Assembly (NCBI GenBank): GCA_023515795.1
Contig: JALGPX010000005.1
Location: 62,001 to 126,000 of the forward strand
Length of the DNA: 64,000 nt
Reading direction: 5' to 3'
Source: Amoeboaphelidium occidentale
Taxonomy: Eukaryota
The first letter of the stretch is position 1. Every line of letters starts with the position of its first letter. Below the pieces are notes generated by a model. It had not been told where the DNA came from and did not search any database. It worked only from the letters and a program-made list of their open reading frames with translations. Shown piece by piece: positions 46,147 through 58,351 of the stretch. A program made the position numbers and the translations under genes.

Positions 46147-47894
46147 CTAAAAAGCAACTCCACTGAGATACTTGATGAACGGCTCAAACGCACAGTTTCC
46201 ATCTTTGTTAATTAGCAACGAGTCTTGGAATAATTCCTTCATTTCCTCTTCAGTAAGCTTTTCTCCACATGATGACATGACCTTGCGAAAGTACGCCCCA
46301 TTAATGGAGTTATTAACACTAATCGATGCGAGCTCAGTGAAAGCATCAACAATGAAGCCCTTTGCTGTAACTCTCCCTTCAGCCTTTAAGCAAGTGGGAT
46401 ACAAATTCTTCACTTGATCAAAAGTAACCTTTTCTAAACATAAAACGAGTAAAACTGTAGTCTTACCACCAATGTTCAATTTCTTAAGACAGTCTATGAA
46501 CCCATGATCGGTTATTAAACATCCAAGCGACATTATTAGCATTTTAGCCTCCGCCGCTGTGATACTTCCTGAATTCTTCCAGTCCAAGACTGAGAACATA
46601 GCACTCAGGTCTAAATGTCAGGAGGATATGACTTGGAGAGGAAACCTTTTTCGTTGGCTGGTTTCTTGATTCCATCTAGAAGAGGCACTGGATCTGTGTT
46701 AAGTATAAATCCCTTTGCAAGCATTTCTGATTCTTCTTTTCTAACGTTTTCCTCTGCCACGACACTCACTGAAGCGGCAAGAGGCTCCAGCCTGTTTTGA
46801 AGGGCTTTCGCATGTTTCTCCAGAGTTGTTGCCTCTGCAGACTTTCTTTGACTCGTCATATGGATCGTGCTCTGCCTTCTCGATTTGCTGGACTTCTTGG
46901 CGACCAGTTTCTCTAAGGCTTGTAAATCTTCTTCAGTCGCAACCTTTTGTGGATTTAAAGAGGCAGGGTCCGTTTTGTATTTTTCGAAGAACGGATGTTG
47001 AAGAAGCTCATCAGCAGTAGGGCGCTCAGCCGGATTTTTCTTGAAGCATGCACGGAGTAACGAATTCAATTCGTCGCTTAAACCTTCGGGCATCGGTGGA
47101 TGGTCGTCCTGCACAATTCTGAACAACGCGCTCATTGATTGAAGGTCAGCATATGGAGGAGATCCAGTGACTAATTCAATTATTGTGCAGCCCAAACTCC
47201 AAATATCTGCTGCGGGAGTGATTCCTTTTAACTCTATGACTTCAGGAGCCATCCTACAAATATAAATTATGTCGGAAGGACAATAAGCGTACCAATAAGG
47301 GGTTCCTACCGCATCCTCCGTCAAAGACCCTGATTCTGCCTTACTCAATGTCTTACTTACTCCGAAATCTGTCAGCTTTAATTCGCCTTTCTTCGTTGTT
47401 AGAATATTTGCACATTTAATATCACAATGAGCCACACCCTTGCTATGAAGATAACTAAGGCCTTGCAATGTCTGCTTAATGTATAACGATGCTAGGTTTT
47501 CAGTTAATGATCCGAATTGCTTCACGATGTTCAATAGTGATCCTTGTTCGACGTACTCCAAGATCAGGTTCAAATGAGAGTCCGACTTGATGAAATCAAT
47601 ATATCTGACAATATTCGGATGTGTAAGATCTCTCAGCAATCTTATTTCCGTTGTAAAAGACTCTACTTCATCACCAGAAACTCGATCTAAGTCGAACTGC
47701 TTTATCGCCACAACTTCGCCTGAGATTGAGTTCAAACCTCTATAGACTGTTCCAAAGGCTCCTTTTCCGATACAGTCCCCGAGCTGATACACTCCCACTG
47801 ATACATGCTTTGGAGCACTTTTCTTCTTCTTTGGACCCGCCTTTAAAGTTCCCAACTCATCTGTGGTCAACGAAGCTTTTGACGAAGGCGGCAT
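46147..47894 (-). CDS. Cdc15/Cdc7-like STE kinase fused to a calmodulin/myosin-light-chain-like EF-hand domain (introns 47254-47292, 46611-46645, 46434-46466)
   Basis: YQLGDCIGKGAFG, HCDIKCANIL, GTPYW|MAPEVIE, ALFRIVQDDHPP. A predicted 35-nt intron joins ...ANEK to DLSAMFSVLDWKNSGSIT in frame. Confidence 0.75.
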
Positions 47895-47969
47895 GTTACG
47901 ATCAAAGTTGAAACAAGGTGAAATTGAAATCGATGATACTTAAATCATTTACTACATGATGAGAGAATT

Positions 47970-49058
47970 CTATTCTTCAAGTAGTGCAGCCAGCTCTGCT
48001 TCTTCCTCGGGAGACATGATATCTTCTTTATGTGCAACTTTAGCCGGGACTTGAACACTCACTTTTCCTCCTTTTGTACTAAATAGATTCTTCAAATCCC
48101 ATACACGTAGGGTTCCATCATACGAGCCAGAGAGCATAAACTGATTGTCCACAATGTCCAGGGTAGAAACTTCATCAACATTAGCGTCTATAACTTTTAC
48201 AGGGTTCTTCTGATCTTCTTTTGTCCAGAGTCTAATCTGATGGTCTCTGCAGCCTGTTACAATGAAGGGTCTCGCAACGGCTACGCATTTTATGCAATCT
48301 GGATGTTTCCATGCAAATACGGTCTTATTTTCGTGCCACAACTTCAAATAACAGTCAGCAGAGGTTGAAAAAAGCTCCTCCTCAGATATATCGTAGAATA
48401 TTCCATAAACACTTGTCTCATGCCCATTCATTACATGCAGACAGTTACCGGAAGATTGATCCCAGACCCGTATGCTTCTATCCGAACTGGAGCTAAGCAA
48501 ACGACTTTCTGCGAACTGGACGCCTTCAACAGCGCGGGTATGACCTTCTAACACATTTATACACTCACCAGTAGCATAATCCCAGAGTCGAATCTTCTTA
48601 TCAGCTGAGCCAGATGCTAAAATGACTTTTAAACCATGTGTGTCCATCCCGACAGCAGCACATTTCACAAAATCAGTGTGACCCTCAAATGTCCTTTCTG
48701 CCGCGTTCACTCTATCCAAGTTCCACAATTTGAGGGTCTTATCCCACGAACAACTCACGACAAAGTTGGCGGAAACAATACACAAGGCAGTAATAGGGGC
48801 TTTGTGCGCCTTATAGGCCTTGACTACATTACCAGATGGATAATCAACTACAGAAATACGACCTGCTGACTCTGCGACTGCTATCAAATTATGGCTTAAG
48901 AATCTTGCGCATAGAATTTGGCTGCATGTTGTGAATAAAGCCTTCCCGTATTCCCCTAGGAGTTTCGCTTCTTTGTCTTTTCTTTTAACGCTCTTCTCAA
49001 TAGTTTCGTCCGTTACAAAGTATTTCTCTGCATGGATTTCATCATCCAAGGCAGGCAT
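47970..49058 (-). CDS. WD40-repeat protein
   Basis: Multiple GH...SxSxDxxIxxWD repeats; start placed at MPALDDE. Confidence 0.88.
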   Translation of the reverse strand: MPALDDEIHAEKYFVTDETIEKSVKRKDKEAKLLGEYGKALFTTCSQILCARFLSHNLIAVAESAGRISVVDYPSGNVVKAYKAHKAPITALCIVSANFVVSCSWDKTLKLWNLDRVNAAERTFEGHTDFVKCAAVGMDTHGLKVILASGSADKKIRLWDYATGECINVLEGHTRAVEGVQFAESRLLSSSSDRSIRVWDQSSGNCLHVMNGHETSVYGIFYDISEEELFSTSADCYLKLWHENKTVFAWKHPDCIKCVAVARPFIVTGCRDHQIRLWTKEDQKNPVKVIDANVDEVSTLDIVDNQFMLSGSYDGTLRVWDLKNLFSTKGGKVSVQVPAKVAHKEDIMSPEEEAELAALLEE

Positions 49059-49551
49059 TTGCAGTATTCGAATCAAGCGAGAAAAAGAAATGCAATGCTG
49101 ACAAGACTCAACGGTAATGTCTCCAGTAACTAACCAATGCGGAGGAGCTTGTAAAAATGTTCTACCTGAACAATCAACTCTGTTTCGATGCCGAAAAATC
49201 TGTGTGCATTGTTTGGAGGTTGCGACTCGCAACAGTTTGCTACTAAGCAAGATAATTCTGACAAAAAACAAGCACTTTCGGCAAGGATCGAATTACTACA
49301 TCTAAAGTCTCGTATTCATAACAATCATTCATCTTTAGAACAGCCATGTCTGTTCTTATACCACAATCGAAAAAGATCTTTCTCATATCCATAGCCTCAC
49401 TCGTATGATACAAGAAGCGCGCTAAAGAATCATTACATGCACGATTTACTAATATTTCAGGCGATCTGAATTCATACTGCGGCATATTCCGTTCAGCGCC
49501 ACAGTTTTTCTTCCATTGATTCGCTCCTTAGACACCAACTTATCAAGAAAA

Positions 49552-51236
49552 ATGCAGGCGCCAGTCATTGTAATCAGTAAGTTCTTTGCTTTTGGCATAT
49601 AAATTATCAAGACCAAAATATGGAGAGAGAAACGGGACACAAAGCCCAATTGTCCAACATTACCGCAGCAAAAACGATTAGCGATGTTATTCGTTCTTGC
49701 TTGGGCCCGCGTAGCATGTTGAAGATGATGTTGGACCCCATGGGAGGAATCGTACTCACTAATGACGGTAATGCCATCTTGAGAGAGATTGAGGTCTCGC
49801 ATCCTGCCGCAAAGAGCATGATTGAACTTAGCCGCACGCAAGATGAAGAAGTTGGCGATGGTACTACCTCAGTCATTATTTTAGCCGGTGAAGTCTTGGC
49901 TAACGCGTTGCCGCATTTGGACCAAAAGATTCATCCTGTATTGATTATTTCTGGATTTAGGAGAGCTTTGGATGATGCCATGAAGTTCTTGGAGGAAATC
50001 TCTGTCCCTATTGACGTTAACAACAAGGATTCTATGATGCAGCTAATTCAGTCTACGTTGGGCACAAAGTTTGTCAGTCGTTGGAGCAATCTTATGTGTT
50101 CCATGGCACTCGATGCCGTTAAAAAAGTTGCCGTTGACGCATCTGGAAAGCCTGAAGTTGACATCAAGAGATACGCTAGAGTCGAAAAGATCCCTGGTGG
50201 TGAAATCGAAGATTCTTGCGTTTTGGATGGTGTCATGATCAACAAAGATGTTACCCATCCCAAGATGCGCCGTTACATCAAGAATCCTCGTGTTGTCTTG
50301 CTAGACTGTCCTTTAGAATACAAGAAGGGAGAATCTCAAACAAATATTGAAGTTACAAACGAAGAACACTGGAATCGCTTGCTTCAGATTGAGGAAGAGC
50401 AAATCCAACAGCTTTGTGAAAAGATTGTTGCCTTGAAACCTGATATCGTTTTTACCGAAAAGGGTGTTTCTGACTTGGCTCAGCATTATTTGTTGAAGGC
50501 TAATATCACAGCTATCCGTCGTGTTAGAAAGATGGACAACAATCGTATTGCCCGCGCTACCGGTGCAACAATTGTTAATCGTGTTGATGATTTGAAGGAA
50601 TCTGATATCGGTACTAAGTGTGGTTTGTTCAAAATTGAGAAAATTGGCGATGAATACTTTACATACCTTGTTGAATGCAAAGATCCTAAAGCATGTACAA
50701 TTGTTTTAAGAGGTGCTAGCAAAGATGTTCTCAACGAAGTTGAAAGAAATTTGCAAGATGCTATGAATGTGGCCAGAAACGTTTATTTCCATCCTAGATT
50801 ATGTCCTGGAGGTGGAGCTACTGAAATGGCCGTTTCAGTCAAGTTGATGCAAAATGCTTCGTCTGTTGAGGGCGTAGAACATTGGCCATATCGCTCTGTT
50901 GCTGAATCTTTGGAGGTTATTCCTCGCACTCTTGTTCAAAATTGTGGAGGCAGTGCGATGAGAGTTTTAACTCAACTAAGAGCAAAACACGCATCAGGTG
51001 AAGGAAATTCATGGGGTATTGACGGAACGCAAGGTGTTATCGTTGACATGAAGGAATATGGCGTCTGGGAGCCTTTTGCTGTCAAAGCTCAGACAATGAA
51101 GACTGCAATTGAATCTGCATGTTTGTTGCTGCGTGTAGACGACATTGTTTCAGGTATTTCCAAAAAGAAGCAGACAAGCAGTGCACCTGTTCAAGACGCA
51201 CAAGCCATGGATGCAGATGACATGGCAGAAAGATAA
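49552..51236 (+). CDS. CCT3: T-complex protein 1 subunit gamma (1 intron near the 5' end)
   Basis: MQAPV..., CLGPRSMLKM, QDEEVGDGTTSV, LEYKKGESQT. Confidence 0.96.
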
Positions 51237-51269
51237 GTAAACGAGTATCTAAACGAAACATGATTTTAT

Positions 51270-51623
51270 TCATTTTATATCCGCTAGAGAAGCCAATGCT
51301 TCTTCGTCCAGACCAGATCGAGCCATTTTGCGATTGAACTTGGAGAATTCCTCGCTTGTGGTGTCCCGGTGAAGGAGACTCACACGAGGATTCCATATAG
51401 GATGATTAGTGGTATCTTTGACCATAATGACGCGATTTCGTGGCATAGATGTAGTAAATGTGAAAGTAGATCCGTCAGCGTGTATACATGTTGCGGTAAA
51501 TTGTTGCACTTTAGCAGCAGGCGGATACAGTTTGTCTCTTTCGGCTCGCAGCCTCTTCAAAGTTGCTGGCACGAGCTTAGATAACTCGCTGTGCGTATTA
51601 TTAAATGAAGTCCAACGCGGCAT
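51270..51623 (-). CDS. Mitochondrial ribosomal protein bL31m (yeast MrpL36-like)
   Basis: ADGSTFTFTTSMP...KDTTNHPIWNP...FSKFNRK. Confidence 0.75.
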   Translation of the reverse strand: MPRWTSFNNTHSELSKLVPATLKRLRAERDKLYPPAAKVQQFTATCIHADGSTFTFTTSMPRNRVIMVKDTTNHPIWNPRVSLLHRDTTSEEFSKFNRKMARSGLDEEALASLADIK

Positions 51624-51686
51624 GGTTTTTCTGAAAGAAGAATATTTCTCCCAAAACCTTGACTTTACAAAACTAAGGGATTTTAA

Positions 51687-52879
51687 ATGACCGTAAAGAA
51701 ACTTGTACTTACTGGAGGACCATGTAACCAGTGCCTTTTTCTAAGTTTAACTTTCAGGCGGTGGCAAAAGCACAGTACAAAGTATCATCTCAGACGTGTT
51801 TAGCAATCAAGGCTGGAAAGGTTCGACTTAATGATAAGTCGCACTTATTTGTAGTTTTCAGAGTTTCAGAGACTGCTACCGTATTACTGAGTGGTGGGGT
51901 TACTTTTGCTGATTTATCTGAAGAACAAGCATTCCAGTTCCAGAAGGACCTCTTGTGTGTAATGATGAACATTGAACAAACATACTTCAACCTGGCTAAG
52001 ACAGAGGCTCTTAAAGGAAATAAGTGCCTGGTTATATGTGACCGAGGAACTATGGATGCCAGTGCATATATCAAGAAAAGTGAGTGGGCGAGAATTCTCC
52101 AAGAACTCAACTTGAATGAGATCGAGATACGCGATCATAGATATGATATCGTATGCCATTTAATAACTGCCGCTGATGGCGCTAAAGAGTTCTACAATCT
52201 TGGTACTAATCATGCTAGAAGTGAAGATCTTGAGCATGCCATCCGTTTAGATGATTTGTGCAAGAATGCATGGATCGGACATCCATATTTTGATCTTATT
52301 GATAACTCTACAGATTTTGACACGAAATGTAACAGGGTCGTTGGAGCAGTTCTTAAACGCCTGGGTTTACCAGACAGGAGATTTTCCTCTGAATTTAAAA
52401 AGTTCAAGTTCTTGGTGAAGAAAGATTTTCAACTCAAACAAGATTTTCCTGTGCCTTACCAGGATTTCGAAGTTGAACATATATTTTTACCAGTGAAAGA
52501 CGGAAATCAGTCCCGCGTTCGCAGAAGAACTCAAGCAGGAGTATCACATTACAATATCACCACAACAAAGGTCTCAAAAGCAGATAACATTATTGAGTAC
52601 CGTAGGTCGCTAACTGGAAGAGAGTTTGAAGCCTTAATCCAGCAAGGTGACGAGTCAAGAGTACCAATTATGAAAAAACGTCGATGCTTTATTTATGATA
52701 ACAGAACTTTTCAATTGGACTTTTTCTTGACTCCGGAATCTTCAAAAGGGACAGTTTTATTGGAGGCATATTTACCTCGCAACTGCGACACAAAGAACCT
52801 GCCTGAATTCATTCCAATTGAAAAAGATGTGACTGATGTGAAAGAATACTTCTTGTCAGAGATAGCTTTGAAGAAGTGA
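51687..52879 (+). CDS. TTD14-like protein (P-loop AAA_28/NadR domain plus CYTH-like domain; 2 short 5' introns)
   Basis: KLVLTGGPC|GGKS, VSETATVLLSGG, ICDRGTMDASAY, AWIGHPY, RVRRR, KRRCFIY...FQLD. Confidence 0.82.
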
Positions 52880-52900
52880 CGGAAACAAAATAGACAAAAA

Positions 52901-55696
52901 TTACTGGAATGTGCCATCTCTGTTCTGTCCTTCATTTCGCGATGTTGTTGATGGAAGGGGGAACGGACTTTGGAGAGGATTAACAATCACGGGACTAGGT
53001 AACTGACCCAAATCAGTCTCAAACCGTCTCATATTAATTAATGCAGGTCTGGGCCTGTCTTTTGGCGCTAATCGGGCTCCACTTCCGGTTCTTCTCATTG
53101 GAGACGGACTCGATACAGAAGCGTCCATGGTCATTTCCAAAGTGTCATCTAAAGCGGCATCTCTCCTAGTCTGATTGTTTAATGGCGAAAATTTCGTTCC
53201 CGCCGATGGGACTTCCTGCAAGCTAACAGACCGCTGAAAGTTTGGGACGTTGATTATCCTTTCCAAGCTTTTTCTTTGCTTTTGGTCCAGCCTTGTGAAT
53301 CCTGAGTTCTTTCTTCGTTTGTATAAATTGTACAGAACATACAAGACAATAAAAAGTACAGAAACGCCGAATAAGAGTCCTAATACAACGTAGGGATCAT
53401 ATGTACTTTTTGAGAACTCAGCCTCCCAGTTGCAGGAGTATCGCAATGATGTTGGATCCAAGATCCAGTCTTTCTCTGCGCACGGTATACCATTGAAAGT
53501 TAATTTCCAGCTTTCAAGTGTGCCACCAGCTATTGAATCATCTTTGACTTTAATAGTCCAAGCACCTTCAGAATTTTCTCCCCAATGTCTTACAGACATG
53601 AAAGTCCATGAAAGACCATCTTCAGATTTGTCTAAAGGCCGCGGATGAAGTAGGAGCGATTCTAAGCCGGATGGTGAAACAAGCGTTACTGTTAAGTCTT
53701 TCCGAGATGAGTGGTCAAGCTTAATGTACAGCTGGACATGTTCAATATAAGCCATGCTCTTGGGTAAAGATTTTGACTCAACTGAAAGGCCGTTTTTCGG
53801 ATATTTCCATTGTGCACTTCGACAGCAGAGTATTTGAAGTTCAAGGATTTCTTTGCTTTTAGTTTGGAGTCCAAGGTTCTCATTTGAGCTAATAACCAAC
53901 TGCAGCGAGTCTGGGACCATTTTATGGCTCTTCACTGTTTCGAAGAGCATATTACCTTGAAGCAATCCAAAGCCATAATAATAGTGAACCTGCCGCCCAG
54001 ATCCAGTCTTTGACCAGCCTGGATCATTCATACGAATAGGCGAGGCAGACTTAACGACTATATGCTGAATATCTCTCCAATTAAGATTTCCACTTGATGA
54101 TTAGAGAACAATTCAAAATGACTTACTTTTGTTGCAGGACCAATGAAAGCATTCCTGAGGCAAAAGGCGTAGCAGCAGATGTACCGTGATGATCCAGAGT
54201 GCATCTCTCATTGATCTCTCCCTTTCTAAGGTTTTTTTGAAGAAAATCTGTAGTTGCTATACCGTCCCTCTGAGTTCCTCCAAAAGTCACAGCTAATTGA
54301 GCCGAGCAAACTTCTGAATACTGAGGATAATTTAATTCTTCATCCACAGCCTAAAATAAGTGTATAATAATAAAAGATTTACGCCAATGGATATGGTGAA
54401 AATGCTATTAGCATAACCATCCACAGTACAAATGTCTTGGAAAAAGCCACCGTTTCCACTAGCCATCACATAGATCGATCCTTTCCCGCTTCTCCCATTA
54501 ATGACCCCGTCAAGAATCGCGCCTCGAGTAAGATCTCCTGGACCATCCATACTTTTTCCATCATCTTGCGGGCTATATACATTATATTCAAGCCCACAAA
54601 CTTACCCCCATGATGCGCTGAAAATATGATTTGAGTGATAATTAAACGTTAGAGCCGATGCTTCTTTGGAATCATACGTAAAAGATGAAATTAACCGAAT
54701 GGCTATAATTAATCTTTTGAGTAAAAGATTTTACCAGACATTCTTGCTGCAGGACTTACTCCTATTCCACAAACAGAATTATTATGTTTGGAAAATATTT
54801 GACCCGCGCAGCGTGTGCCATGATTATCTTCTTTGTTGAAAGGCGGAACCAATGGAGTATTGTCTACAAAGTCCCAACTGAATTTTAAATCCTAGAATAA
54901 GATTATGTAGCTAAAAATTACAAATGCATGGGAAAGATCAGGATGCTCAAAATCCACACCTAAACCAAAAATTAAGGAAAATAATCAATATAAGCAAACC
55001 ATCATCGACCAGTGCGATTCGGACGCCTTGTCCATAGTATCCTGCCGCCCAGTACTCGAAAAGGTTAAGTCCAAACTTTTGCGCGCCATCAACCTTTGGA
55101 TTGATCTACAATTAAGTTCATAGAAGTAAGGTTACAATATGCCAGGAGTACTCGAGTAAAGGATCATTCATAGATTCGATCCATGCCGTTTTCATCTGAT
55201 CACTTAAGTCACCCTGCGAGGTAAAATCCCTTCGATGTCTCACACGGGGAGTTTCTTTTTGGTACCACACAATCTCATCCATTAGATCCAATATATCCAT
55301 AAACTTCTGTTCCATTTCATCCATGTGCTCCTTCGATAGCGGTTTGCATGTAACAGTAAAAAAGCCTTCTCTATCGCCGATCATCAGCTTATTGGTGCTA
55401 CAGTTCATGTAGCCGAACACTTCCAAGGCATCAGTGCTTTCGAAATGGGATTTCATATCCCTGTGTAATACCGCAGTGTCCCTATAAGGTGATCTACTAA
55501 TAACTCGATCTAAGATCGGAATACTCAGTTGTGGAGTGTTCATTATCTCAATTTCATTCCCCAAATATCGCTTATCTCTTCTAACAGGCTGTCTTAACAG
55601 CTTATCCACATACTTAACTCCAGTGGGAACAACGTAAGCTTTGATAACGAATTGAACTTCTCTGATGTCACCAGAATTAACAGGAGCGAAGTTCAT
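52901..55696 (-). CDS. Kexin/furin-family proprotein convertase, PC7-like (multiple introns)
   Basis: RVRHRR propeptide site, LVDDG, NHGTRCAG, SWG, GNGG, GTSAATP, P domain (EHVQL...WGENSEG), TM segment and cytosolic tail. The start is uncertain (55696 or 55762). Confidence 0.88.
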
Positions 55697-55709
55697 ATGG
55701 ACCAAACGT

Positions 55710-58322
55710 TTATTGTAGTTGAAACGCAAATAGAATATCGGCAGCTTCATCATTTTTAGCACCGGCTGACATCATGAGATTTAGAACAGCATTTTCTAGA
55801 TACAAAGTCCGCGGAGAAGATAGCGGAGCGATACTTCCGGCCGGAGAAACAGGGTCATCGCTTGTAAAGGATAGAAAGTTGGATGAAGAACTGGATTGAA
55901 TTTCAACACATGGCACTACACCCGAAGCCTCCGAGAGTTCAAAGAATCCATTAGAATGACCACCGTATCCTGAGCTGTTAAGTTTGAAACACTTGATATG
56001 GTCGCTTTCTTCTGCGTCGTAAATTATATCACACATAATTCTGAACCCAAGATACTGAGACCTGGCACAAAGTATCCTCGCTGCGTCAGACGCTCGTGCA
56101 CCACCGTTACTTAGAAATGATAACGGTTTGAATAATCTGCTGATTACGTGAGTTTGGTAATCAGGATCGGTTGTAAACACACATGTTCCATGCCAAGTTA
56201 ATCCGTTCAATAAACTCCGAAGATAATATTTCATATAATCATGTTTTGATATAAAAGTAGCGACATTTGCTCCCCACACATAAGAAGCATGAGATAATGC
56301 AACAAGTGCACATTCTACAAATGTAAAATCGTAAGGTCTCAAACCGTTCGTTTGTGACGACGATGATTGTAAAGATGTTCCAGGCGGTATAAAAGTCATT
56401 AAATACTCAATAACATCATTGCATATATCGCCATTAACGAAACACATAAGCTTTTCAAGAGATGAAGATCCCAACAAGGATTTTATGCAGTTCAGAGAGG
56501 CCCAGCTTGCATCATTCTCAGGTGGTTGAATTAAAGAATGAATACTGAGAGATGCACGAGGGCCAAATAAATCGCAGCTTGATTTTCCCAAGTCAAGACA
56601 AATATTCATAATAAGTGACAAATGTTCCACAGAGGGAAGGTTTATCCAGGGAGCAAGATTGAGAGAGAGATATAGGATATTTTTTCTGGTTTGGCTGAAT
56701 GTCCCATGAAAATCCGACGTCTCAACGGCAGAAACCTCATTCTGATATTTTGTTTGGTTGAAGAAATTGGATCTTGTCGTTATAGGCCCAAATTGAAGCC
56801 ATTTTAGAAAGACAGCTATGAACCGTGAATTTCTACCGAGCATCTCTGCATTAACTTGCGTCATTGAAATATTTTTAAAAATAATCCCTAACATTAGACA
56901 AGTTTCTGCGAGACGTTTCCGCTTCTGCATTTTGTGAGCCTCCTCGTTCGACTTGAGTCTAATTCCATAAAATTGATCGTAATTCTTCTCATCAACAGTC
57001 TTATTCCGGAACAGAGGGACCCATAAAGTATCTATGCAATAGTTTTCTAAAGAAGCAAGCTCATCATATGACCAGAATTCTGTCTCAGTATCCTCTAAAC
57101 GAGGTTTCTGGCACAATTCTTGAAATCCTTGTTCCCATTTCAGTATCAAAACATCAATTATTGGCTGAAAAGGAATCAGTTTGAAGTCGAATGTCGCGTC
57201 AGCTGATAAAATGAGAATGATAGATAAGGCATTTTCAATTAAAGCGTCGTTCGCACACTGCAATGACATGAATAGTTCATAAAGATCGATTTGGCCCAGG
57301 TCTTCCTTCGTGACATGTGGAAATTTAGTCTTAGCCTCTCCGTGACCATAAAAGCTCTTTGCGATGTAGTCAATATCATAATATCCGGTCGAAGGTATGT
57401 AAACGAGGCGCCTGTCGTCATTTTTCTCACTTCCGTTCCGAATTTCCACACTATCAGACTTTTGCAAGTTAATAGACTCGGATTCCACACTTGGCTCATT
57501 CTTAGGACTTATGAATACAATTTGTGAAATGAGCCCCATTTTAAGTAAATTTTCCTGTTTGACTACGTAAAACTGTTCAAACATCATCAAGTACTGTTCA
57601 TAATAAGCTAGTATCTCCTTTGATAAGTCTGAAACTGCAGATAAAGAACGAAGCTGTAACGATTTAACGATGCGACCGGCCGCTTCTGCGCTTTTCCTGA
57701 CCTGTTCGTAACCGTTTTCTTTGAGAAATGCTTCGAACACGTAGACAGGCTCAACACCATGAAATAAAGACGGGGTTGAACCAGAGCTAGCCCTAAGACC
57801 ACTGTTTTGTAGGTAAATTGCGTAAAGATCACCGAAATGTTTAGGATCTGTGAAGAAGACACACTTTCGTTGTTCAACCTCTGAACTTTGCCCCTTGTTC
57901 CTTGAGCGTTGAATAGTTCTTTGCCCTTCAATACGTCTTGAAGGACTGTTTGACTTTGAAGCAGATTTCCTCCCCAGTTGATCATCCGTTAGAAACATGT
58001 CCCAGTCCAAAGCATCTTCAACATCTACTGACGCATTTTGCTCATTTCGAGCAGCCTCTTGACCACCAGAACATTCGCTAACGACGGAGGTATGCGTACT
58101 TGACAAACCGGTCTGACTATTATTGTGCATGCGTTGTAAATGCTGCTTCCGGAGCGCCTCTTGATACTGAAACTGAGCCAATACGGACGGCGAATTAGAA
58201 TTGTCCTCTTCGTGAGGAGCCACGTCTTGCCTCTGCTGTGCTGAACGCTGCTGAATGGAATTATCTCCGGTTTTCTGGCCGCTACCGCTCTTGCCGGAGT
58301 AATCTGTTCGTCTTTCAGCCAT
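55710..58322 (-). CDS. SWI1/ARID1 (BAF250)-like SWI/SNF subunit, divergent
   Basis: Degenerate ARID (DLYAIY...YEQYLMMFE) and BAF250_C motifs LFMSLQC...ALSIILILS and IIFKNISM...NAEML. Confidence 0.6.
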   Translation of the reverse strand: MAERRTDYSGKSGSGQKTGDNSIQQRSAQQRQDVAPHEEDNSNSPSVLAQFQYQEALRKQHLQRMHNNSQTGLSSTHTSVVSECSGGQEAARNEQNASVDVEDALDWDMFLTDDQLGRKSASKSNSPSRRIEGQRTIQRSRNKGQSSEVEQRKCVFFTDPKHFGDLYAIYLQNSGLRASSGSTPSLFHGVEPVYVFEAFLKENGYEQVRKSAEAAGRIVKSLQLRSLSAVSDLSKEILAYYEQYLMMFEQFYVVKQENLLKMGLISQIVFISPKNEPSVESESINLQKSDSVEIRNGSEKNDDRRLVYIPSTGYYDIDYIAKSFYGHGEAKTKFPHVTKEDLGQIDLYELFMSLQCANDALIENALSIILILSADATFDFKLIPFQPIIDVLILKWEQGFQELCQKPRLEDTETEFWSYDELASLENYCIDTLWVPLFRNKTVDEKNYDQFYGIRLKSNEEAHKMQKRKRLAETCLMLGIIFKNISMTQVNAEMLGRNSRFIAVFLKWLQFGPITTRSNFFNQTKYQNEVSAVETSDFHGTFSQTRKNILYLSLNLAPWINLPSVEHLSLIMNICLDLGKSSCDLFGPRASLSIHSLIQPPENDASWASLNCIKSLLGSSSLEKLMCFVNGDICNDVIEYLMTFIPPGTSLQSSSSQTNGLRPYDFTFVECALVALSHASYVWGANVATFISKHDYMKYYLRSLLNGLTWHGTCVFTTDPDYQTHVISRLFKPLSFLSNGGARASDAARILCARSQYLGFRIMCDIIYDAEESDHIKCFKLNSSGYGGHSNGFFELSEASGVVPCVEIQSSSSSNFLSFTSDDPVSPAGSIAPLSSPRTLYLENAVLNLMMSAGAKNDEAADILFAFQLQ

Positions 58323-58351
58323 CGCTCGCTTTTTTGAAGTTCAACAAGAAT

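Noticed and set aside
49075..49490. Possible small spliced gene between the WD40 gene and CCT3
   Set aside because: There are several short ORFs and splice-like signals on both strands, but I could not build a consistent model or recognise a family. Left unresolved.
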